From positions 1-56,093 of IMG/VR virus record IMGVR_UViG_3300005805_000110: a stretch of DNA of 56,093 bases, one strand, 5' to 3'. This document shows, piece after piece, positions 24,105 through 34,500 of this stretch; within the stretch, counting starts at the first letter, position 1; every line of letters starts with the position of its first letter. The DNA is from a virus. Its lineage: Duplodnaviria; Caudoviricetes. The notes below the pieces were generated by a model. It worked only from the letters and a program-made list of their open reading frames with translations, made no database searches and was not told where the DNA came from. The translations under genes were made by a program, and so were the position numbers.

Positions 24105-24296
24105 ATGGAGAAGGTTTATCACATCTATGCAAAGGATAGATGTTTATTTCACTCAATAAAAGAAGAGGATTTTCAAGCAACTTGGAGCACACTCAGCAAT
24201 ATGGTAGGTTTAATGAAGACAGACTATAGTGTTGAGGATTTATCATATGAAGAATTGTATGTAAGTAAGGAGACGATTTTAAATTCATCACATTGA
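24105..24296 (+). CDS. hypothetical cyanophage protein
   Basis: VYHIYAKDRCL...MVGLMKTDY...LSYEEL. Confidence 0.65.
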   Translation: MEKVYHIYAKDRCLFHSIKEEDFQATWSTLSNMVGLMKTDYSVEDLSYEELYVSKETILNSSH

Positions 24297-24322
24297 CAAG
24301 AGCATATATAGACTGTTAAAAT
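24293..24322 (+). promoter_or_regulatory. sigma70-type promoter
   Basis: TTGACA-N18-TAAAAT with extended TG. Confidence 0.6.
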
Positions 24323-24345
24323 TGAACTGAAAGTTTATTTTTCTT

Positions 24346-25119
24346 ATGGCAAAAGGATTTACTGTAAAAGCAAAAACTCCGATTAAATCTGAAGAAACCC
24401 CTGAGTGGGATTACAACGCGATTAAGGAGCGAATGAGAGGCAAGTCAATTGTTTTTTGTCTTCCTGGTCGTGGATGTTCTTTTATTTTTCTAAAAGCATT
24501 TGTACAACTTTGTTTTGATCTTGTACAGAATGGAATGAGTATTCAGATTAGTCAAGATTACTCATCAATGGTTAACTTTGCACGATGTAAGTGTTTAGGT
24601 GCAAATGTACTTCGTGGTCCGAAGCAAGTACCTTGGGATGGAAAACTTGAATATGATTATCAACTATGGATTGATAGTGATATTGTTTTTGATTCAAATA
24701 AGTTCTGGCAACTTTGTGATCTTGCTTTGAATGAAGAAGGAGAAGAGAAGCAAATTGCTGCTGGTTGGTATTGTACTGAAGACGGTCGTACTACATCAGT
24801 TGCACATTGGCTTGAAGAGGAAGAATTCCGTCAGAATGGTGGAGTTATGAACCATGAGACTGTAGAATCGATCAGCAAGCGGCGTAAGCCTTTCACTGTA
24901 GATTATACAGGTTTTGGATGGGTGCTCATTAAAAAGGGTGTATTTGAGAATCTTGAGTATCCATGGTTTGCGCCAAAGATGCAAGTATTTGAATCTGGTG
25001 CGGTTCAAGATATGTGTGGAGAGGATGTTTCATTCTGTCTTGATGCAAAAGAGGCAGGGTTTGATATCTGGTGTGATCCGCGAATTCGTGTGGGGCATGA
25101 AAAAACTCGCGTAATCTGA
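24346..25119 (+). CDS. GT-A fold glycosyltransferase-like protein
   Basis: VNFARCKC, LWIDSD (DxD), YTGFGWVLI, GEDVSFC, RVGHEK. Confidence 0.8.
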   Translation: MAKGFTVKAKTPIKSEETPEWDYNAIKERMRGKSIVFCLPGRGCSFIFLKAFVQLCFDLVQNGMSIQISQDYSSMVNFARCKCLGANVLRGPKQVPWDGKLEYDYQLWIDSDIVFDSNKFWQLCDLALNEEGEEKQIAAGWYCTEDGRTTSVAHWLEEEEFRQNGGVMNHETVESISKRRKPFTVDYTGFGWVLIKKGVFENLEYPWFAPKMQVFESGAVQDMCGEDVSFCLDAKEAGFDIWCDPRIRVGHEKTRVI

Positions 25120-25277
25120 TGAACTATAACGTACTTTATAAAGGACGTAAAATTTATTTGAACCTCAGTGCCGAAGAGTGTACTGAGGTTCTTCAAGATC
25201 TCGCAGAAAAATTCTATTCTGGAGATGATATTAATCCTAATTTAATTGAACTGGAGGAAATTCATGGCACTGAATAA
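25119..25277 (+). CDS. small hypothetical protein (52 aa, not in ORF track)
   Basis: MNYNVLYKGRKIY...; TGATG overlap. Confidence 0.6.
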   Translation: MNYNVLYKGRKIYLNLSAEECTEVLQDLAEKFYSGDDINPNLIELEEIHGTE

Positions 25278-25398
25278 AACTATTTTTGAACCTGGTGCTC
25301 CTAAGAAGACACGTCAAGGTCGTTCTCCTCGTACTTTATTAAGTGCGACCTCTCGTAATGGTAAAAAGAAAAAGTATCGCGGACAAGGTAAAGGTTAA
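25264..25398 (+). CDS. small basic protein (44 aa, not in ORF track)
   Basis: PKKTRQGRS...KKKYRGQG; GGAGG SD. Confidence 0.65.
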   Translation: MALNKTIFEPGAPKKTRQGRSPRTLLSATSRNGKKKKYRGQGKG

Positions 25399-25910
25399 TG
25401 AAAAAACTTTTCTTTATTTCTGAAGATAAGGAAAAGGCACTTATTCAAGAGATGGCATATAAGATTAAAAAAGCAACTATTGATATTCATCCATCTAATA
25501 CTTGCTTTTTGTGTGTCTCTCCAGACTACTCTAGTATTGTTACACAACATCTCTCGCATTCACTCACCATGAATGGAGAGATTTTTCATATAGAGTCAGT
25601 TAATGTGCCCTTTCCTGATGAAGATGTAAAAGAATATTATGATGATTTTTATCAAAATTTTAAAAAATGGCAAAAAAAGTGGGAAAATTTTGTTCTGATT
25701 GAAGCTGGTGTAATACGTGGCGGTAATTATACTTGGATTATTGATATTATTAATCAGGTTTCTAATAAAAATTTGAATAAGGTATACACGATTGCTTTAT
25801 GTGAGAATATTCATAGTAAATTTAAGAGTGATTTGGTGTCATTATACTATGATGATGAGGTTGAGGATCTTCATTTTTGGTGGGAACAACCTAATAATCA
25901 TTGGAAATAG
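25398..25910 (+). CDS. phosphoribosyltransferase-fold protein
   Basis: FVLIEAGVIRGGNY resembles a degenerate PRPP-binding loop; C-terminal FWWE. Confidence 0.55.
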   Translation: MKKLFFISEDKEKALIQEMAYKIKKATIDIHPSNTCFLCVSPDYSSIVTQHLSHSLTMNGEIFHIESVNVPFPDEDVKEYYDDFYQNFKKWQKKWENFVLIEAGVIRGGNYTWIIDIINQVSNKNLNKVYTIALCENIHSKFKSDLVSLYYDDEVEDLHFWWEQPNNHWK

Positions 25911-25969
25911 ATAATAGTGGGATAGAAACACCCGTAAAAAGTTCTGATTTCACAAATCAGGAGTAAAAA

Positions 25970-26212
25970 ATGACCAAAAAAGTCGATAAAGATGAAAATT
26001 TCATGAAAAATGAGTGGGGAACTGAATTTTTAGCATCAGAATATGGGTGGGAAGAAAAAATTTCAAAGCAAAAGATGCTTCGTGAAATTTCAAATGATGA
26101 TATGACACCAAAAAAACATGATTTTGCTCTACAAAAAGAATTGCACTCAAAAATTCGTAATGATCAAGACTATGATGACTGGGAATATGGTACAGAACCT
26201 ATTTTTGGATGA
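25970..26212 (+). CDS. hypothetical cyanophage protein upstream of gp25
   Basis: MLREISND..TPKKHD...DYDDWEYGTEP. Confidence 0.7.
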   Translation: MTKKVDKDENFMKNEWGTEFLASEYGWEEKISKQKMLREISNDDMTPKKHDFALQKELHSKIRNDQDYDDWEYGTEPIFG

Positions 26213-26218
26213 TAAATA
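26212..26218 (+). promoter_or_regulatory. T4-type late promoter
   Basis: ATAAATA upstream of gp25. Confidence 0.65.
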
Positions 26219-26239
26219 AGATAGAATTAAACCTCTCTG

Positions 26240-26641
26240 ATGCCAATAGAGCGAGTTAGTAAAGAATTTAAAGATATTAGTCTGTCATTACAGGTTAATC
26301 CTTTGAATTATGATTTAATTGATATAAAAAATGAAACAGCAATTGCTCGCTCTATTCGTAATCTTGTATTTACGCTACCAGGTGAAAGATTTTTTAATGA
26401 AAATTTAGGTTCAAAAACATCAAAAAGTCTTTTCGAAAACATTGATAATGTTTCTGCATCTATTCTTCAAGATGAGATAAAAAATACGATAGAAAATTAT
26501 GAGCCAAGAGTTGATTTGATTAGTGTAGATATTCAACCAAATTATGATGACTATGAATTTAATGTTACAGTGAGGTATTATATTGTTGGAATTGATGCAT
26601 TACCCCAACAACTTACATTTGCACTGCAATCAACACGATAA
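26240..26641 (+). CDS. gp25: baseplate wedge subunit gp25
   Basis: FKDISL, AIARSIRNLV..PGERFF, IENYEPRV. Confidence 0.92.
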   Translation: MPIERVSKEFKDISLSLQVNPLNYDLIDIKNETAIARSIRNLVFTLPGERFFNENLGSKTSKSLFENIDNVSASILQDEIKNTIENYEPRVDLISVDIQPNYDDYEFNVTVRYYIVGIDALPQQLTFALQSTR

Positions 26642-28551
26642 TGTCACTAGTTAACTTTACAAATCTAGACTTTGATCAAATAAAAACATCTATTCGGGAT
26701 TATTTGAGATCTAACTCAAATTTTACTGATTATGACTTTGAAGGATCTAACATGTCTGTTATCATAGACATGTTGGCATATAATACCTACATTTCATCAT
26801 ATAATGCAAATATGGTGAGTAATGAGGTGTTCATTGATAGTGCAACACTTAGAGAAAATATCGTAGCATTAGCAAGAAATATTGGATATATTCCGAGTTC
26901 AAGAAAAGCAGCAAAAGCAAATATTAGTTTTTTTGTAGAAGTTTCAAATCCATTAACTAAACTAGTTACACTTAAGAGTGGAACAGTTTGTAATACATCA
27001 AGTTTTGGAAGATCTTCATACGTTTTTTCTATTTTAGATGATATAACTGTTCCTGTTGTGAATGGAATTGCATTTTTTGATGGGATAGAAATATATGAAG
27101 GATCCTATTTAAGTACAAATTTTACTGTTAATACACTTAATAGTGAGTCTAATAATCAAAGATTCATATTAGAAAATAGAGGAATAGATACTAGAACTCT
27201 AAAGGTTTTGGTAAGAGATACGCGATCAAACACTAGTGCAAAAAGATTTGTAAACTCTACCAATATTTTAGATGTAACTTCAACATCAAAAGTATTCTTT
27301 TTACAAGAAATAGAAGATGAAAGATATGAATTAATATTTGGTGATGGTGTTTTTGGTGAGAAATTAGTAGAAAACAATTACATAGAGGTTTCTTACTTAA
27401 TTTCTAATGGTCAAGAAGGAAATGGATTTTCTTCTTTTAATTTCTCAGGTATCTTAGTTGATAATAATGGAACCTCGATTACTGGATCAGTATCTTTACT
27501 AACAACTAATCTAGGATCATCCGGTGGTTCTGAAATTGAATCAATTAATTCGATCAGAAATTTTGCTCCGAGAGCATATGCATCACAAAATAGAGCTGTG
27601 ACAGCATCGGATTATGAGACTTTAATACCAAAAATTTATCCAGAAACTGAGTCTGTAAGTGCTTTTGGTGGTGAAGAATTGAATCCTCCACAATATGGAA
27701 AAGTTTTCATAACAATAAAACCATTTTTTGGCAGTTTCTTATCAAATACTATAAAAGATAATATTAAAGCAGAATTAAGAAAATATGCTGTAGCAGGTAT
27801 TGTTCCTGAGATTTTAGACTTAAAATATATTTACTTAGAACTCAATTCTAATGTTTATTATGACACCAATTCATCTTTAAGTGCTGATAGTATAAGATCT
27901 AAAGTAATTGGTAACATTGAAAAATACGCAGATTCTGAAGAATTGAATAAGTATGGAGCAAGATTTAAATATAGTAAATATCAAAAACTCATTGACGATA
28001 GTGATGCTTCGATTACATCAAATATCACTAGAGTTGAAATGAGGAGAGATCTTAAAATATCTCAAAATCAATTTGCAGAATATGAGATTTGTTTTAGGAA
28101 TCAATTTCATATAAAAAATGCTTTAGGATATAATATAAAATCTTCTGGATTTAAAGTAAGTGGAATATCAAATACCGTTTATATCAGTGATACTCCAAAT
28201 TCAAATAATCTAACAGGATCTTTGTTTTTGTTCTACTTAGATTCAGATACAAATCCTGTTGTTGTTAAAGGATCAGTAGGAACAGTTGATTATGTAAATG
28301 GAGAAATTTTATTAAATCCAATAAAGATAATTTCTGCAGAAAAGACGGATGAAGGAACACCAGTTATCGAAATATCTGTAGCTCCAGAATCAAATGATGT
28401 TCTTGGAATACAGGACTTGTATTTGCAGATAGATACTAATAAGTTAGAAGTAAATACTATACCAGATAATATACAGTCTGGTTCAGATACTTCTGGTTCA
28501 AACTATATAATCTCTTCCAGTTACTTAAACGGCAATCTAGTAAGAAAATAA
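26641..28551 (+). CDS. gp6: baseplate wedge subunit gp6
   Basis: LDFDQIK, DYDFEGS, FIDSATLR, FGDG, QNRAVTASDY. Confidence 0.95.
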   Translation: MSLVNFTNLDFDQIKTSIRDYLRSNSNFTDYDFEGSNMSVIIDMLAYNTYISSYNANMVSNEVFIDSATLRENIVALARNIGYIPSSRKAAKANISFFVEVSNPLTKLVTLKSGTVCNTSSFGRSSYVFSILDDITVPVVNGIAFFDGIEIYEGSYLSTNFTVNTLNSESNNQRFILENRGIDTRTLKVLVRDTRSNTSAKRFVNSTNILDVTSTSKVFFLQEIEDERYELIFGDGVFGEKLVENNYIEVSYLISNGQEGNGFSSFNFSGILVDNNGTSITGSVSLLTTNLGSSGGSEIESINSIRNFAPRAYASQNRAVTASDYETLIPKIYPETESVSAFGGEELNPPQYGKVFITIKPFFGSFLSNTIKDNIKAELRKYAVAGIVPEILDLKYIYLELNSNVYYDTNSSLSADSIRSKVIGNIEKYADSEELNKYGARFKYSKYQKLIDDSDASITSNITRVEMRRDLKISQNQFAEYEICFRNQFHIKNALGYNIKSSGFKVSGISNTVYISDTPNSNNLTGSLFLFYLDSDTNPVVVKGSVGTVDYVNGEILLNPIKIISAEKTDEGTPVIEISVAPESNDVLGIQDLYLQIDTNKLEVNTIPDNIQSGSDTSGSNYIISSSYLNGNLVRK

Positions 28552-28554
28552 TAA

Positions 28555-31500
28555 ATGGAAACTAACAAGATCAAAATTAGTTCAATTGTAGAAAGTCAAC
28601 TTCCTCTTTTTGTAAGAGAAGAATATCCTCTAGTATCAGAACTTCTTACAGAATACTATAGGTCTCTGGAATCAAAAGGATCTTCATATGATATTTTACA
28701 AAATATTGATCAGTATGTAAAAGTAAATAATCTAGCGAATCTGATAGAAAAAACTAGAATTATTGCAGATGTATCATTCAGTAGTGATGTCATTCAAGTT
28801 GATAATACTAATGGATTTCCACAAACATATGGAATTATACAAATCAATAATGAAATAATACTTTATAAATCAAAATCAGAAAACACATTTAACGAATGTG
28901 TAAGAGGATTTAGTGGTATAACAGAATATTCGGTAGGAAATTCTGAAGATCTTTCCTTTACTTCTACAGAAATACAAGAACATCCAAATGGATCTGAAGT
29001 TATAAACTTAAGTGCTTTATTTTTAAAGGAATTTTTTATTAAGGTTAAAAAGCAATTCACATATGGATTTGATAATAGAGAATTATATACTGACGTTAAT
29101 CAAAATCTCTTTTTAAAGCAATCTAAGGATTTTTATACTTCTAAGGGAACTGACAGATCTTTTGAGATACTTTTTAGAGTTTTATATGGAAAAGATGTTG
29201 AAGTTATTCTTCCTAGAGATTATTTGATAGAGCCTTCAAATGCACAATATAGAGTTACAAGAAATTTTGTTGTCGAACCTCTTCAAGGAAACATACAAGA
29301 TTTATTGAATAAAACAGTATTTCAAAATCAATATGGAGATATACCAAAATCTTTTGGTACTGTAGCAGATATTCAAAAAACTATAAGGAATGAAAAAGAA
29401 TATTATACTTTAATGCTTGATTATGACTTTGATAAGGATATCAATGTATCTGGATCAATATTTGGAGATTTAAAAATACATCCAAAAACAATGATTTTGG
29501 ATGATGTGCAAATTTCATCGGACAATATTATAGTAGATTCTACTATTGGATTTCCAGAGTCTGGAGAATTGAAGATTGAAAATGATGATATATCGTTAAT
29601 TGTAACTTACAGTGGAAAAACTATAAATCAATTCTTAAATTGCAGTAATGTTGATCAATTAATTCCATTTGGCTCAGACGTATCTTTAAACACATATGCA
29701 TATGGATATGATTCTGAAGGAAATGAAATTAAGTTTAGGTTTACTGGAGTAGTTGAAGATGTCACATTGCCAACTAATAGTAAATATTATGAAAAAGGAG
29801 ATTCTGCAAAGTTATTAACTTTAGGATATAATAAAAATTATCTGAAAGATAATAATTGGATATTTAATACTAGAGTTAAATGTAAGGTAAAGTCTCTTAC
29901 ATCAAATGGAGAATTTAAATATACAATTGAAACTTATGATGATAATGGAATATATGAAGGCGATAGTGTAAGAATAGAATATATCAATTCATCTACTGGA
30001 ACAAGAGAAATTAGTGTTATTGACAAAGTTAGAATACCTACTGGCAGTTCTCCAGGAAAGATTTGTCAAATACAAACAAATGGTTTTAATATTTCTTCAA
30101 TACTTTATATTGAGAAAATTATTTCGAAATTTTCAAATAAATTTGTTTCCGATGTATTAAATGTATATAGAGATTTTAATTCTGGTGAAGTATATACAAC
30201 ATCTGCATCACTACCTTCATATGGATCGTATTCAGATGAGAATGTTGAAGACTTTAAAGTAACTTTAAATGGACGTTTTTCTGGAGAAACTTTAAGAATA
30301 GTAAATAATGGCCAAAGTCACGGATTTTTAACAGGAGATCCTGTACTCTATTTGGCAGAAGATGAATCTTCTCAAAATAATAGACTTAATATTCCATCTG
30401 GAATTTATTTTGCAAAAAAGATCAGCAATACGCAAATAAAATTAGCAAGAAGTAAGTCTGATATTAAATTTGAAAGGTTTGTTTCTGTTGGAGCAACTAC
30501 TTTAACAAATAGTACTAATACTATAAGTTTAGCAAAATTTGCAAAGAAAAACAATATACCTTCAGAAATTGACAATCAAAATTTAGTTAAAGTAATTAAA
30601 TCTCCAGAAAATGATGGAAAAAAATATGAAACTATATCTGGTACGACAGGAATACTCGTTAATGGTGTAGAAATATTAAATTATAAATCTGATGATTTTA
30701 TTTACTATGGACCAATAAAATCTGTCGATATAATTTCTCCCGGAAATAATTATGATGTAATCAATCCACCGCAATTAGAAATATTATCAGCATCAGTTGG
30801 TTTATCTAGTGCTCTTGGATACTGTGGAGTGGAGGGATCTTTACAAAAAATCAATATTATCGATGGTGGATTTGATTATATCGAAACTCCAGTAATTACA
30901 ATTACCGGTGGCGGTGGAGAAGGAGCTACTGCCATAGCTAAAATGGAAAATTATGAACATTTTGTTGATTTTAATCCATCTTCTTCCAATACTAGATTTA
31001 ATTTAGTAGGATTGGCAGGTACAAATATAATAGGTTTTTCGACATATCACAAGTTTAGAGATAATGAGTCTATTGTCTATTTGCCCGGCGAAAATACTGC
31101 AGTTGGTGGATTGTCCACAGAAGCAAAGTATTACATTAAAGTAATTGATGGTTATAGAATTAAACTTTATGAAACCTCCATTAATTCTATTACGGACACC
31201 AATCCAATTAATATAACTTCATATGGAAGTGGAAATCAGAGATTTAAATCCACAACCATAAAGAAAAAAGTAGGTTCCATTATAGTAAATAATCAAGGTT
31301 CTGGATATAAGAGTAAAAGAATATTAGTACCTTCTTCTGGTATTAATACTTCCACAGATACTATAGAAGTATATGACAATCCATATAATAGTGGAGATAT
31401 AATTTACTATTATGGTGGAAATCAAAATATATCTGGATTGAGTACTGGAAGATATATCGTAACCAAAATTGATGAAGATTCTTTTAAATTATCTAGTATT

Positions 31501-34500
31501 GGTATTGGATCAACTTCTCCCAACTTTTTCTATGAAACGAAGCAATATATTAATTTTAAATCAAGGGGATCTGGTAATCATCTATTTGATTATGAACCAG
31601 TATCTGTTATAATTTCTGGAAAAATTGGAATATCCACTTTATCAGAAGTAAGTGGCAATGCAACAGTTCAACCAATTTTTAGAGGAAAAGTAGTATCATC
31701 TTTCATTTATCGTGGTGGTGTCGGATATGGTTCATCAGAAATTATTAATTATAATAAGCAACCAGAATATAACTTAAAATCGGGAAATGGAGCATCTATA
31801 AAACCTATTGTATCTAATGGAAAAATAATAGATATTATTATTTCAGAAAAGGGTAGTGAATATAACTCTCCGCCTGATTTGGTTATTAAAGGCTTTGGTG
31901 TTGGCGCATCACTGGTTCCAATCATACAAAATGGACAAATAGTTGAAGTTAAAATTCTAAGTGGAGGAATTGGTTATGAACAAAAAAATACAAGTATTGA
32001 AGTCTTACCTGCAGGCAGTGGAGCCAAATTAAATTTTAATCTACAAATTTGGACAATAAACAAATTTCAAAGATTGCTACAAACTTCCAAACTAGCACTA
32101 AATGATAGTGTAGTTTTTGTTGGAAATGATAAAGAATATGGATTAGAATATACACATTTATATGCACCTAGATCTTTAAGAAAGAAAGTATTTTGTAAAG
32201 ATGTAGATGATGGGAAAGAAATTTATAGAAGTGATTATCAAAATGATTTTGAATCTAAAAAATACCATTCACCCTTGCTTGGTTGGGCATATGATGGAAA
32301 TCCCATATATGGTCCATATGGATATGATTCTACGACAAATAAAACTGTAAGATTGATAGAAAGTGGTTATCTTGATCCGATAGATAATCAAGCAAATAGA
32401 CCCAATAAAAATACATTTCCTGCAGGTTACTTTGTTGAGGACTATAAATTTAATAACCAAGGAGATTTAGATGAACATAATGGAAGATTTTGCGTAACTC
32501 CAGAGTTTCCAAACGGAACTTATGCATATTTTATGACTTTAGAGTCCACAGAACCTAATCAAACTTCTGGATTTTTTGCTGGAAATAAAAAACCAAGATT
32601 TCCTTATATAATAGGAAATTCATTCAAGTCAAAACCAATAGACTTTAACTTTAATAGAGTTAATCAAAGTACATTTGATTTTACAAAAGATAGTATAGTA
32701 AGAAATACAAAACCATATAATACTTCATCAAAAACATCAATTTATAAATTTTTTGATAGAATATCAGATCCAGAATTACAGAATTTTAAAGTAGATAGTA
32801 CTAACAGAGGATCAATAAGTTCGGTACAAATAATATCAGGTGGAGAAAATTATAAATCTGGTGATAGAGTTATCTTTAATAATGAAAATTCTGGAGGATT
32901 TTCCGCATCAGCTAAGGTCGATTATGTAAAAGGAAAATCTGTATCAGCAATTTCACAAAGTACTATAAAGATACAAGATGTAGAGTTTTATCCTTCTGAT
33001 GATACAAATAAAATTGTTGGATTTTCTACAGTTCCACATGAACTTTCTAATGGTGATTTAGTATTTCTTGATTCACTATCAAATTATGATCCATTTTTAA
33101 AAAAATCATTTAATATTGAGTCAAGATCTAACAATTTTGTCCTTGTTTTGGATGTCGATGATGCATCTGTAACAGGATTTACAACATATTTTTATGTTTC
33201 TGGATTCCTAGAGTACCCATCAATTAGAGAAAATGATATCCTATCAATAAATTCGGAAAAGGTAAAGGTTCTTAATATAGATAAAGATTCCGGTAGAATT
33301 AGAGTACTCAGAGAACAAGATTCTACAGTATCAACTGCACATTCTGCTTTTATTACTACATTACAAGAAAATCCAAGGAAATTTTTCATTACTCTCGAAA
33401 ATAGAGCAAAAAATCAAAATTATAAACTAAATCGTGAGTTATATTTTGATCCAAATGAGGCTTTGGGGATTGGAACATATGCTGGACTTGAATACACCTT
33501 AACATTTTCAAATCCTGGAGTTGGAATAACATCATTGATTATCCCACAAAAATCAATATTTTTAAAAGATCATGGATTAAATACAGGTGATCAAATAAAA
33601 TATAAAGCAAACAACGGAGAATCAATTTTAGTATCTACAGATGGTTCAAACAATTTTAATTTGGATGAAACAAGTGATTTGTATGTTGCTAAAATATCTA
33701 ATGATTTAATTGGAATATCTACAGTAAAAGTTGGTTTAGGAACAACAGGATCTTTTGTTGGAATATCACAAACCGCATCTACTTTATTTTTTGTTGGTAT
33801 TGGAACTGGAGACCACCATAGTTTCCAAACCACGTTTGATAACCTCTCAAAGGGTAATGTAATAAGAAACAGAGTAACGGTATCTACTGCTTCAACTCAT
33901 TCTCTACAAAGAGGTGATAATATTGAACTAAAAGTGCTGTCAGGATTAACTACGACCATATTTGTAAAATACGATGATTATAATCGCAGATTGGTAGTAA
34001 ATCCAAGAGACTTTTCTTCTATTGACCTTGAAAATAATTTAATAACTATAACAAATCATAAGTATACTAATGGACAAAAATTAATACATACATCTTCTTC
34101 ACCAGCAAGTGGATTAGAAAATGAAGCATTTTATTATGCAATAGTTTATGATGATGATAGGATTAGACTTGCAACGTCTTATTATAATTCCATAAATCAA
34201 GATTTTATCAATATTGAAACTTCTTCTTTTGGAACTTTATCTGAAATAAATCCAAAAATAAGTGTAATAAAAAATCAAAAGGTAGTAATAGATTTATCAG
34301 ACTCTTCATTATCACAACCTTCTGGTATTGGAAGTGTATCTGCATTTGATTTTGAATTTTACACTGATCAAAGTTTTTCAAGCAATTATTTTCCAATTGG
34401 CGTAAATGGCATTTCTAAAATATCAAGATTTGGTGAGATTGGTGTTTCTCCTTCTGCAAGAGTTGAATTTACAATTGATGAAGATTTTCCAAATGAAATT

